A program made the translations under genes and the position numbers. The notes under the pieces are model-generated. The model saw nothing but the letters and a program-made list of their open reading frames with translations, ran no database searches and was not told the origin of the DNA. From the NCBI GenBank assembly GCA_963422365.1, contig OY729426.1, forward strand, positions 736,001 to 800,000: 64,000 nt of DNA, in the 5' to 3' direction. The stretch is from Nitrospirales bacterium. Its GTDB lineage: Bacteria; Nitrospirota; Nitrospiria; Nitrospirales; UBA8639. Every line of letters starts with the position of its first letter. Position 1 is the stretch's first letter. This document shows positions 43,446 to 53,269 of this stretch, in pieces.

Positions 43446-43804
43446 TGCGGGGTGGAGCAGTCTGGTAGCTCGTTGGGCTCAATTCCGTAGGAGAGAAGGA
43501 GTGATCCGCTGATTGCTTCAGAGAGGACAATCTCTCCTACAATGGGCTGTGCAGAGGGAAACTTCTGTACGATCACCTGTCAAATTCGGGGAAGCCGGTA
43601 GCGAGGTAACCCCGAGCCAAGCTTCAAGAGTCATAGGCTCTGAAAGAAGGTGTAGAGACTTGATGGCAGGCATCCTAACGGCGGCCAAGCCGGTCCGAGG
43701 ATGAAGAGAAAGTCCAGACCACAAACTGGATTCACCAGGCAGCGAAAGCTGTAGTGGTACGCATAACCCAAAGGTCGAGGGTTCAAATCCCTCCCCCGCA
43801 ACCA
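43446..43804 (+). tRNA. initiator tRNA-Met (CAT); exons 43446-43479 and 43762-43804
   Basis: Joined exons form a cloverleaf with TTGGG-CTCATAA-CCCAA anticodon arm (3 G-C pairs), A11-U24 and encoded CCA. Confidence 0.95.
43480..43761 (+). ncRNA. group I self-splicing intron (282 nt) in tRNA-fMet anticodon loop
   Basis: 5' exon ends in U, intron ends in G; P AAATTCGGGGAA, Q AACCCCGAGC, R GTAGAGACT, S AAGAGAAAGTCC; P3 CCTGTCA/TGGCAGG. Confidence 0.93.
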
Positions 43805-43823
43805 TTGCTCTCTTCAGGCTGAC

Positions 43824-43857
43824 GGGATCGTTCTCGTAGGACGATCCCATTTTTTTT
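43824..43857 (+). terminator. intrinsic terminator after tRNA-fMet
   Basis: GGGATCGT...ACGATCCC hairpin followed by a T-run. Confidence 0.85.
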
Positions 43858-43999
43858 GCCTTGGACATAACGGTGATGATGACTTGCATCGGATGGAATC
43901 ATCTGGGGCATTCAGCAGAAGTCGCACTGGGGATAAGTGTTTTATAGAATAACCCGAAGCCGTGTCTCATGTATTTTGGGAAAACGCAGGGAGGCAAGA

Positions 44000-44248
44000 G
44001 TGGTCAACATACGATGGTTGTGGATTCCTATGGTTGGGGCGAGCGTGTTTCTGGCATTGCCCGGCAACTCGACGATTGAAGGGGTGCTGGGCGACGTGGT
44101 GGGGCATTTTTTTACCGCTGCGCTGGTGGCCGTCGTGCCGATCGCCGGGTATCGCCTGATTTATAAATACATTGGTGAAAAGGAAATGACTTACATCTTT
44201 GCGGCAGCATGGTCCTATCTCGTGATCTCGCAATTTTTGAGGTGGTAA
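44000..44248 (+). CDS. small hypothetical membrane protein
   Basis: GGAGG RBS before GTG; three hydrophobic segments. Confidence 0.6.
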   Translation: MVNIRWLWIPMVGASVFLALPGNSTIEGVLGDVVGHFFTAALVAVVPIAGYRLIYKYIGEKEMTYIFAAAWSYLVISQFLRW

Positions 44249-44621
44249 GAAAACCGTTGTGCTGTTCCCCTTTCATCAAGCCAGCTTCGTTCGCTTCGCT
44301 CAGCAAGACAAACGGTTGTCGATCCCTGCCGTGACGTTCATCCCTCATCCGCCATGCTCGACGGCTGCCCCCAAATAGAGCAGGAGGGATTCCATGTCTT
44401 TTGACCTATGGTTTTTTAATGGAGAGTTCTGCTTCTTCCCTTCATTCTCCAGTTTTTCTCCCCACAACGGTAACGTCCATCAAGACAACGTCTTGGTTTT
44501 GGGAGCGGCATTCTCAAACACAGGTTCGAGGGGTTCCCGTTGCTGAATGAATGAGATGGGAGGAAAGCGCCAGGGCGCTTAAGCGAAATTGTGCGTGAGG
44601 ATCTTCACGAAAACGTGGCGA

Positions 44622-45491
44622 TTAGGAGGACCGGCGCAAAGAACTGGTGAGCCCCATGAGGGAAAGACCGTAGATGAGCCACTTTGATGGATCAAAGTTA
44701 TACCACTGGGGGCCATTCCGATAATCACTTTGATACATGTGGTGATAATTATGGTATCCCTCTCCGAAGGTGATGAGCGAGACCCACCAACTGTCACGAC
44801 TGGAATCGGATGCTCCGTGAGGTTGGGCGCCCCACAGGTGGCAAATGGAATTAATGCAAAACGTGGAATTTAAAACAAAAAAGGTTCGCCCGACTCCGGC
44901 GAGCAAGAAACATCCCAGTCCCCCAACCCAGCCGTCGTACAAAAATCCCACTACAAAGGGAAGTATCAAGCCGGAAAGGACAATGGGGATATAATAACGA
45001 TGTTGCCACATGACCACAGGGTCCTGTTTCAGCTTGGTGGCATATTTCTCGTCTCTATGGGGATCCTTCGAGAATAGCCAACCACAATGACTATGCCAAA
45101 ATCCTCGCTGAGCATTATAGGGATCCTCTTCCTGGTCGCACCGGGCATGATGACGGATATGATCTGATGCCCATTTGAGGCCTGAATTTTGTAGAGCCCA
45201 TCCTCCTGCGATCAAAAAAATACCTTTCACCCAATTAGGGCAAGCAAAACTTCGATGAGCCAGTAAGCGGTGGTATCCCACGGTGATGCCTAGTCCTGTG
45301 ATGATATAGAGCATCACAAACATGGCCCAATCAACCCAAGAATAATCATAAAAATACGCGTAGGCCGGCAACCCGACTATGGCACTGCCGGTGACACTGG
45401 AAAACAAGATAAAATTCAATTGATCAGGGGGTCGTGATGTGGGAATTGCTGTTTGTGAATCGGTCAGAGTCGTCATAGGGGTCTCGTCCAT
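44622..45491 (-). CDS. acyl-CoA/acyl-lipid delta-9 fatty acid desaturase
   Basis: His boxes GYHRLLAH, DHIRHH, GEGYHNYHH; DPSKW. Confidence 0.95.
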   Translation of the reverse strand: MDETPMTTLTDSQTAIPTSRPPDQLNFILFSSVTGSAIVGLPAYAYFYDYSWVDWAMFVMLYIITGLGITVGYHRLLAHRSFACPNWVKGIFLIAGGWALQNSGLKWASDHIRHHARCDQEEDPYNAQRGFWHSHCGWLFSKDPHRDEKYATKLKQDPVVMWQHRYYIPIVLSGLILPFVVGFLYDGWVGGLGCFLLAGVGRTFFVLNSTFCINSICHLWGAQPHGASDSSRDSWWVSLITFGEGYHNYHHMYQSDYRNGPQWYNFDPSKWLIYGLSLMGLTSSLRRSS

Positions 45492-45777
45492 TGTGCGATC
45501 AGTCGAGTCGCGTTTGTTTGAGAAACAATCGGCATTCAAATATTGTGAAAAGAGAATGTGCTGACCTTCACCGGAAACTCGCGTCAGTCTCTTCTTCTCG
45601 ATAGCTCGTGCACTTTTTTGATGAAGCAGCACTCCAAAAGGCAAGTTATCTAAGAATACCTTACCCACGGATGGATTGTAAAGGCTGAACCCTTGCGAGG
45701 TTGTGAGATGCCCACTTTTGTTGGTTTCGGTAAGTGACGAAAAGGGCAATGGGTGCACCTAGGATAGCGGGAAGGTG

Positions 45778-46050
45778 TTACCTTCGTGGGCCAAAAGATT
45801 GTTCTTTGGGTCTCGCTTCATTCACCACAAGATTTCTGCCTTGGAAGTCTGAGCCATTGAGAGCCTTAATAGCTTGCTGCGCGTCCTCTCCACTTCCCAT
45901 TTCCACAAATCCGAACCCTCTGGACTGTCCGGTCTATCGATCCGTGACCACATTGGCGGATTGGACGGTTCCATGTTGCGCAAACAGATCCGGTAGTTCT
46001 TGGTCCGTTGTGGTACAGGACAGGTTCCCAACGTATAACGTTTGATTCAC
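45778..46050 (-). pseudogene. RRM RNA-binding protein with in-frame TAG at 45934-45936
   Basis: Manual translation MNQTLYVGNL...VVTDR*TGQSRGFGFVEM...NLVVNEARP (RNP2 and RNP1); GGAGG RBS. Confidence 0.9.
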
Positions 46051-46359
46051 TCATCCCTCCATCTTGAAAAATGGCAAAAAGGAAACAAATGAAGGCGTGG
46101 TATCAGGAAAAGGCCGACTCAGGAGTAGGCTCATGCGAGGAGTTTTCTTTGAAGGTTACGGTGTGTCAATCAAATGCTTTCCCTCTAGCATCGCCAAGGG
46201 GCTTGGCGATGCTAGACTTTCGTTATGTCGTGTCAAGAGAACAGGGATTCTGGAGACGTGCGGGTAGACAAGTGGGTGTCGATGACAGGAGAAGCTCACC
46301 GTTTTGCCACAGGCCTGAAGGCCGCCTTTCATTTTCCAGAGACCCTGTGATCATTCGAC

Positions 46360-46692
46360 TTAGAGTTCCTGGGGTTTGTCGGATTTGAGCAAATTGGGCT
46401 TTTCGCGAAATTTTTTGATTTCAGTCGTAGCCGCCTTAAACGCGGAGCGAATCGCTTCCTCGAAACTTTTGGCGTCTTTCCGTGCGGTAATGGTATGGCG
46501 TGGAGGAAGGTTCAAGACGATCAGCGCTTCAGCGTTATCGTCTCCCTTTTTATGATGTGGGTTTTTGGTGAGTGTGATTCGGGCATGGGTAAGGTTGTCG
46601 TACTCTGTTTGGAGCGTGGCAATCCGATCTTCGATCTCTTGTTTCCATCTCGGCGTCATGCTGACGTTCCGACTGTCAATTTTCAAATCCAT
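46360..46692 (-). CDS. HPF/RaiA-family ribosome-associated protein
   Basis: MDLKIDSRNVSMT; HARITL; SFEEAIRSAF. Confidence 0.75.
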   Translation of the reverse strand: MDLKIDSRNVSMTPRWKQEIEDRIATLQTEYDNLTHARITLTKNPHHKKGDDNAEALIVLNLPPRHTITARKDAKSFEEAIRSAFKAATTEIKKFREKPNLLKSDKPQEL

Positions 46693-46916
46693 CGTTCTTC
46701 TCCCCGCTTGGGTTTGTCACGATCACGAGTTTCTGACGGTATCACCTAAGAAGAGTATCTCATGAATGATCTTATGTTGTCATGAGAGGTCGTGCGCAAG
46801 CGGGGCAGAGAGCGCCACACATTTTAAGAATCGCGCTCGCAAAATCCTCGGATTCCAATCTTGTGTAGCAAGAGACTTCTGAGGTACCATCAACCCTCAT
46901 AGCTCAAGGAGGGGTC

Positions 46917-47687
46917 ATGGATCAAACAAAAGGGTCTGACAAAGAGAAAAATCGCGCGCTCGATCAGAACATTGATCGATTTCGTCAACAAGTCTCGAAC
47001 TTGAAAACCTTTATTATGGGAGGCTTACCCAAGCATTCATCGATAGAAGAATTTGACTTGACCACCGAAGAACTTATTGCCGAGACGTTAGGAAGTTCCT
47101 CCAGCATGTTAGAGGCCTATGAATATGCTCAGTTGGGGGAGGCAGGAGGCCTAGTCAATCTCTCAGATGAAGCTCCGGAAGGAGCAGGTCTGGATAATGA
47201 ACGGGAAACTCTGCGACAACGGCAACGCGTGCTGGAAAGTTGCATCGCGGATTTGGAGGCTCGCAGGGCTCAGGCCAGTTCGAGCCAACGGTCTAAGGCA
47301 ATGAGCGGCCCCACAGTGAAAGACTTTACGTCCAAGGTGATTCGATCCGTGTCGCATGATGCGACCCTTCGGGAAGCGGGAAAATTATTACAGGAATGGA
47401 AAATTGGCTCACTGTTAGTCGATAGTGGCGAGGAATTCATCGGAAGTATCACGGAAACCGAGTTGACCCAAGAGGTGGTTGCCAATGGGGTCGACCCCAC
47501 GACAACGACGGTCAAAACCTGCATGCGAGAACCTATCCTGACAATTGAAAGTCGTGAACCGGTCGTGGCGGCCGTGCAGTTAATGAAAGAAAAAGCAACT
47601 CGTCATGTGTGTGTGACCGAAAGTGGCAAAATCATGGGACTGATTTCCGTGTCGGACATTCTGCGATATTATTCCGGGGTGAGGTGA
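46917..47687 (+). CDS. CBS domain pair protein
   Basis: C-terminal IGSLLV...GSITETE...RHVCV...GLISVSDIL. Confidence 0.85.
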   Translation: MDQTKGSDKEKNRALDQNIDRFRQQVSNLKTFIMGGLPKHSSIEEFDLTTEELIAETLGSSSSMLEAYEYAQLGEAGGLVNLSDEAPEGAGLDNERETLRQRQRVLESCIADLEARRAQASSSQRSKAMSGPTVKDFTSKVIRSVSHDATLREAGKLLQEWKIGSLLVDSGEEFIGSITETELTQEVVANGVDPTTTTVKTCMREPILTIESREPVVAAVQLMKEKATRHVCVTESGKIMGLISVSDILRYYSGVR

Positions 47688-47959
47688 CAGAACCCCGACG
47701 CCAGTAAGTTTTTCAGTTGACTTCACCGCTTCGCGTTTTGATTCGAGCATTCCCACCACCGCCGCAGGGTCAAATCGGGTGTCTGTCTGAGTGAATCAGC
47801 ACAGTCGTGGCTCGTTCATCCGGTCCGAGGGTTCTCGGCCTTGCTCCTGTTGTGTGAGTACGGAAAGCTCGGCTTCTGAGACATCAGAAGCCTTGACCGC
47901 TTTTGCTGCGACTCGTCGGCGAAGGGTCGTTGGAGTTGCATGCATATCCAGTTTCAGGA

Positions 47960-48313
47960 AGGGTATCTTCAGTAAAGCAGCCAGCTTTCGATCGGCCGTG
48001 AACTGTCACATGTTCACGGCGAATTCAAAGGGTTCGCCTTGTCCATCCGGCCGCGGAGGCTCAGGTGTTCCGGAAATCGGCATGACATCAACATAGATGT
48101 CCTGTGCCAACTGCCGATTCAAGCGAATCTCGTCAGTACAAAAAATAACGTTGAGTGAGGGAAGAAAAGTCTACGAACCCCAAATTGACGGGTTTTTGAT
48201 CTTGCAGGCAAAGGGTCCGCTCAGGAGAACCCATGAACGATGCGTTTCCCGACATTCAAAATGGGTGACCGGAGGGTAGAGATAGATGCTGTAGGGCTTG
48301 AAGAAGTGTGCAT
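47960..48313 (-). pseudogene. remnant of aminoglycoside phosphotransferase-like/AAA kinase protein; ends approximate
   Basis: Broken frames give ETHRSWVLLSGPFACKIK / PVNLGFVDFSSL / FCTDEIRLNRQLAQDIYVDVMPI. Confidence 0.75.
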
Positions 48314-48816
48314 GACTCGTCGAGTCTCACGGTTCAAAAATAGGGTAAACGGGACCAGTTTCAAACGAGAACCTTAGAGGTCCCCAAAGTCGGATATTAC
48401 CGCGATCTTGCGTATCCTGACTGAGAGCAAAATTGAAGCCATATGGGGAATGATATTTCCACAGAATCTGGGGATAACCTGGTAAAATTTTTTGATCACT
48501 GGGATTCTATACCCATAGGATCATAAAGTGAGCAGATTGCACATTTTTTGTGCATGGTAGAAGACAATATCTTGCTACTAAATATAGTGGGTTGGTAACG
48601 TCTGCGTATATTTTGAGAGCTATTGAAAGATATTATACAAATTGTAGCGTGGGAAAGGCTTTTTGCACATGACACGCTCAGGCGGACTAAGAAAATGAAA
48701 CATATCCACAATGGCTGTTGACAAAGTCGTGAGTCAGCCGCAGCAGTGGAAGCACATCCTAGTCTTCCTTGAGAAGCGGGGTGTCATGCTGTTTTTGGAG
48801 GAATCACGTCGCGAGC

Positions 48817-49218
48817 ATGCAGGGAATCTCCACATTGGCCACCATCATTTCTGTTTTCAGTTTTTCGTTGATGTGTGTGGTGATGCTGTACCCTAACCTG
48901 TCGAGGTTCAAAAGTCGATGGAAGGGGTTCGCATTCTATGGCGGCATCTCAGTGGGTACCTTATTGGTGGCGGCGTTGACCGGCCATGATCCTGCGTTGT
49001 CCGATCAAGAATGGTCCTGGGTTGATTGGACGGTGCTTGGTTTAGGCGTAGGGAGCGGTCTTGCAGTGGTGACGAGATATTGGTGCTGGCCTTCTCGAGA
49101 AGAGAAGGGGGCTGCCTCGGCTGTGCAGGAAAAGGGAGAGAAGCCGGTCAAAGGGGGAAAAGCGTCCTTCGCAAAACAGAAGCACTCAAGATCATTGAAG
49201 AAGAGAGAGCCGAATTGA
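48817..49218 (+). CDS. hypothetical membrane protein
   Basis: Three TM segments and a basic tail. Confidence 0.6.
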   Translation: MQGISTLATIISVFSFSLMCVVMLYPNLSRFKSRWKGFAFYGGISVGTLLVAALTGHDPALSDQEWSWVDWTVLGLGVGSGLAVVTRYWCWPSREEKGAASAVQEKGEKPVKGGKASFAKQKHSRSLKKREPN

Positions 49219-49459
49219 CGCTGGTTCTTTTGCCTCTCCATTCTCGAGCACTATTCCGAGCAGACGACCACGCTCAGCTTCCTCAATCTCGCGCTCTCGC
49301 GCGTGAGAATCTCTATTGAAGAAGAGCCGGTTCGCCGGGATTGTCCTTCAAGGTTGCCATGGTGTTAACATGGACGGGCAAAGAAACGTGAGCGCAGATG
49401 CAGTAGATTTCATCACGGAACACAAAAGACATCAGACAAGAAAATAACGTGAAATCTCT

Positions 49460-50143
49460 ATGAGCCATCAGCGTCTAAAAATGTTGACCATGGCGAGTCT
49501 GTCAGCCCTGTCGATGGTGTCACACTCCGTGGCTTCAGAGGTGGCGCCTCCGAGCCAGTTTCGTCACCAATCAATTCCTGTGCTTGGGATGACCCTTGAT
49601 AAGGCGCAGCAACCCGTTGGAATCGTGATGTACGTGATGATTCACTTTCACCAACGATCGGATCATGATGGGCTCAAGGTGCACTTTCGAAAAGTACCCG
49701 GGCGTTTCGGCCCCATTGCCCGAAAAGCCGTGGCGACCGCCATCCATCGCGTGGCAAAATCCGCGAAGCTTCAGGATGACTCGTGGACCGTGGTCTTGAC
49801 GTTTCCCTACTCAGGGTTGACCATGTATGGTGCCAGCCTGTCGGCGATGGTGGCGTTAAGTGTGGTGGCCCTTGCCAAAAACGAGGCGATCGTTTATGGC
49901 CGAACGCTGACCGGAACCATTACGGAGGATGGTCACATTGGGAAAGTCGCCGGTGTCCCGTATAAAGTGTATGCGGCCTATGCAGAAGACTTGGGCCGGG
50001 TCCTTATTCCTGAAGAACATGATCCCAGCGACGGTGAATGGCGAACCCCCTTCCTCATGCACGTGTCGCACGTTGGGACGCTGGAAAAAGCCTATCAGGG
50101 ATTAACGGGTCATTCCTTGTTTCCTGAAAAATCGTTGCAATAA
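49460..50143 (+). CDS. secreted stand-alone Lon (S16) protease-like domain protein
   Basis: GASLS (Ser) ... TGTITEDGHIGKVAGVPYK (Lys) ... VLIP; signal peptide. Confidence 0.75.
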   Translation: MSHQRLKMLTMASLSALSMVSHSVASEVAPPSQFRHQSIPVLGMTLDKAQQPVGIVMYVMIHFHQRSDHDGLKVHFRKVPGRFGPIARKAVATAIHRVAKSAKLQDDSWTVVLTFPYSGLTMYGASLSAMVALSVVALAKNEAIVYGRTLTGTITEDGHIGKVAGVPYKVYAAYAEDLGRVLIPEEHDPSDGEWRTPFLMHVSHVGTLEKAYQGLTGHSLFPEKSLQ

Positions 50144-50263
50144 GTTCCACGGCCATTGTTGCGACAGGCGTTCCGGGTTTTCAAAACGAGCGAAACACGT
50201 AGCCGAATCTGTAGACGAAACAACTCGTGGCCGAATAACTTAGGTGAAAACGGAGGGTTCCCT

Positions 50264-51010
50264 GTGGCAACTTTGTCTTTGTGTCTCATCACGCTGCTCG
50301 GTCTGCCATTCGTGACGCCGATAACAGGAATGAGTATGGAAGTCGAGCCCTTCGTCCATCCCTCTCCTCGACAAAGCGAACGGGATCATATGGTGAGGGA
50401 GCAACTTCTCGCGCGCGGGATCAGCGATCAAGCCGTCATCCAAGCCATGCGAGAAGTTCCTCGTCATGAATTTGTGTTGGCCGAGGATTCAGCCGAAGCC
50501 TATGATGATCATCCGCTGCCTATCGGGTATGGGCAAACCATTTCACAACCCTACATCGTGGCCTATATGACCGAAGCGCTGCATCTCAACAAAGATGACC
50601 GCGTGTTGGAAATTGGAACGGGATCGGGGTATCAGGCCGCGATTTTGGCAAAGTTAGGGGCAAAGGTCTTCACCATTGAGATCGTCGAGGAGCTCGCCGA
50701 ACGCGCTCGCCAAACGTTTCACGCGTTGGGCATTCCCCCTATCACGAGTCGAGCGGGTGACGGGTATCAAGGTTGGCCGGAGGAGGCTCCCTTTGATGCG
50801 ATCATTCTCACAGCCGCCCCGGAGCATATTCCCCAATCATTGGTGGATCAGCTCGCGCTTGGGGGGCGAATGGTTTTGCCTCTGGGGAAAACGCGACAAC
50901 GACTGATCCTCCTCACGAACACTGCTGCGGGGATACAGCGCAACGAGTTGCTGCCGGTTGCGTTCGTTCCGATGACAGGAGCGGCGCAGCCACGCCTGCC
51001 GGATCAATAG
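50264..51010 (+). CDS. pcm: protein-L-isoaspartate O-methyltransferase
   Basis: PIGYGQTISQP; VLEIGTGSGYQAA; APFDAIILTAA; FVPM. Confidence 0.96.
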   Translation: MATLSLCLITLLGLPFVTPITGMSMEVEPFVHPSPRQSERDHMVREQLLARGISDQAVIQAMREVPRHEFVLAEDSAEAYDDHPLPIGYGQTISQPYIVAYMTEALHLNKDDRVLEIGTGSGYQAAILAKLGAKVFTIEIVEELAERARQTFHALGIPPITSRAGDGYQGWPEEAPFDAIILTAAPEHIPQSLVDQLALGGRMVLPLGKTRQRLILLTNTAAGIQRNELLPVAFVPMTGAAQPRLPDQ

Positions 51011-51092
51011 GGTGGCAAGCCTTCTGGCGGTTCGGGCCACAACACGGGTTTCTGTAGGGCCGCATCGTAGGCGGCCTAGAAGAAAAGGAAAC

Positions 51093-51665
51093 ATGCGAAT
51101 GAATAAAAAAAATGGACACGTCTCATGCCGAAAGTCCGGGCTCAAGCTCCGTCTGATAGGGGCCATGGTGTTAGGTGTGACAGCAGGGGGATTGATCCTT
51201 GCACACGCCCAACCTTTACCCAAAGAAGCGGTGCTGCCCTTGGCGTTGGCCCAAAAAGCCGCGATAGCAGGATTAGCCAAATGTGAAGAAGGCGGGTACA
51301 AAGTCAGTGTCGCCATCGCCGACCGTGGGGGGAACCTGAAGGTCTTGTTGCGCAGTGATGGTGCAGGCCCTCACACCACGGACAGCAGTTTTCGGAAAGC
51401 CTATACCGCGGCGAGTTTGCGACGTTCCACGCTGCACCTAGCTGAACTCATCACCGACATTCCCAGTATCCAGGCTTTGCGTGACATGAACGACAAGATT
51501 CTGATATTGGGCGGCGGGTTGCCGATTGAACTCGAAGGCGAAGTCGTCGGTGGGATCGGCGTCGGTGGAGCTCCGGGGGATCATCTGGATGAAGCCTGTG
51601 CTGCCGCGGGACTCGTCAGTCTGGGGAAGCCCAAGGAGCCCAAACGAAAAGCCCTTGGGAAATGA
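51093..51665 (+). CDS. GlcG/HbpS-family heme-binding protein
   Basis: VSVAIADRGG; RKAYTA; GGLPI..GEVVGGIGVGG. Confidence 0.9.
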   Translation: MRMNKKNGHVSCRKSGLKLRLIGAMVLGVTAGGLILAHAQPLPKEAVLPLALAQKAAIAGLAKCEEGGYKVSVAIADRGGNLKVLLRSDGAGPHTTDSSFRKAYTAASLRRSTLHLAELITDIPSIQALRDMNDKILILGGGLPIELEGEVVGGIGVGGAPGDHLDEACAAAGLVSLGKPKEPKRKALGK

Positions 51666-51675
51666 TCCGGCAACG

Positions 51676-52677
51676 TCACCCGACGGTCAGTACCCCGGCT
51701 CCATTGATCGTCCCCGCTTTGAGGGCTTGAAGGGCTTGGTTCGCCTCTTCCAGCCTGAAGGCTTGGGTCTGCGTGCGAATGGAAATTTCTGCCGCGACTC
51801 GAAACAGGTCCAACCCATCCTGCCTCGTATTGGCCGTGACGCTTTGGAGTGTTCTTTCTTGAAACAAATCGCGGTCATACACTAACGACGGAATGTCGGA
51901 CGAATAAATGCCGGCCATTGCGACTGTCCCGCCCCGTTCAAGGGCTTGAAGCGCATGAGGCACGAGGTGCCCAACCGGCGCAAAAATGATCGAGGCATGG
52001 AGTGTCTCGGGTGGCGAGTCGGTCGAATGTCCCACCCACGTGGCGCCGAACTGTTGAGCGAGACGTTGATGGGCCTCTCTGTGCGAAAAGACATACACCG
52101 AGCAGCCCCAGTGCCGCGCTATCTGAATCGTGATATGAGCGGATGCGCCAAACCCATACAGTCCCAGTCGTTGTCCGGGCTTGAGATGACTCCGGCGTAA
52201 TGCCCGATACCCGATCATCCCTGCACACAGAAGCGGCGCGGCTTCTGCATCGGAAAACATCGAAGGAATGGGGTACGCAAAGCATGCAGGCACCAGCGCA
52301 TATTCCGCAAACCCGCCATGCACGTGATAGCCGGAAAACGTTGCGCTCTGGCACAGATTTTCACGGCCTGTCGTACAGAACTCACAGGTCCGGCACGTAT
52401 CCTGTAGCCAGGCGATCCCCACTCGTTCGTCAAGTTTGAGAGTGGTCACCCCCGCTCCGAGTTGATCAACGACCCCGACCGTTTGATGGCCGGGAATGAT
52501 GGGTCTCGTGGAAGGCGGCAGATCTGCTTCCACTACGTGCAAATCCGTTCGGCACACGCCACACACGTGCACTTTCACTCGCACGTGGCCAGGTCCTGGC
52601 TCTGGCACAGGCACCTCCCGAAGTTGCAAGGGAGCCGTGCTGACATCGGCATCATGCTCAAGAATCATCGCTTTCAC
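51676..52677 (-). CDS. zinc-binding alcohol dehydrogenase family protein
   Basis: CGVCRTDLH; PGHQ; CRTCEFC...C; GLYGFGASA. Confidence 0.93.
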   Translation of the reverse strand: MKAMILEHDADVSTAPLQLREVPVPEPGPGHVRVKVHVCGVCRTDLHVVEADLPPSTRPIIPGHQTVGVVDQLGAGVTTLKLDERVGIAWLQDTCRTCEFCTTGRENLCQSATFSGYHVHGGFAEYALVPACFAYPIPSMFSDAEAAPLLCAGMIGYRALRRSHLKPGQRLGLYGFGASAHITIQIARHWGCSVYVFSHREAHQRLAQQFGATWVGHSTDSPPETLHASIIFAPVGHLVPHALQALERGGTVAMAGIYSSDIPSLVYDRDLFQERTLQSVTANTRQDGLDLFRVAAEISIRTQTQAFRLEEANQALQALKAGTINGAGVLTVG

Positions 52678-52879
52678 GAGGACCACCGTTTGAAAAATAT
52701 ACCACGTGAGGGTGTCGCACGGAAGCAAGAGAAAGCCATCATGTCACTCCCAAGAAAATGTGGAAGGGAGAGGAGTTTTTGAGGGGTCTCTATTCGAATT
52801 TCTATTGACATCCCGAGCAAAAGAGGCATGGAATTTTTCTGAAGCAATAATAAAAAAATTGGTATGAACAAGAGGGGTC

Positions 52880-53260
52880 AAACATGAATGACCTCAGTCC
52901 GCCAAAAGCGTAAGGCCCGCAGCGAGCGAAGGGAGAGGCTTTCTTCGGAATGCGGGCTCACATGGTTGCCGAGAGGCTCCGCTCTGATCTCCGGACAGTG
53001 CTTAGAAGCACACGGTCGGAAAGACCACAGAAAAGCCGGAACGTAAAGCCGAACAAAGAAGAATTCCAAAACCTGTCCCCGACGTTCTCTATCGGAGCTC
53101 TAATCGGGGAGAGAATTCTCCCTCTGGTGACAGCTCCTTCAGACGAAGAACACACAGGCTGCGCCGCGAGCGGGTCGATGACAGCAGAGAAAAATAGGGC
53201 GCATCATGCGCATGACTCAGACGGGCCTGCTTTCGAAAGGAAGCAGGCCCGCAGTCGTTT
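52880..53260 (+). ncRNA. candidate structured non-coding RNA (class unknown)
   Basis: Dense nested hairpins with A-rich linkers; TTGACA at 52805; terminal CGGGCCTGCTT/AAGCAGGCCCG hairpin. Confidence 0.45.
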
Positions 53261-53269
53261 TAGGGCAGA

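Noticed and set aside
43518..43889. 123-aa ORF as an intron-encoded endonuclease
   Set aside because: Antisense to the tRNA and intron, crosses the exon boundary, no nuclease motif
51130..51143. GAAAGTCCGGGCTC resembles the RNase P RNA 5' motif
   Set aside because: Lies inside a good CDS and the 3' P4 partner motif was not found
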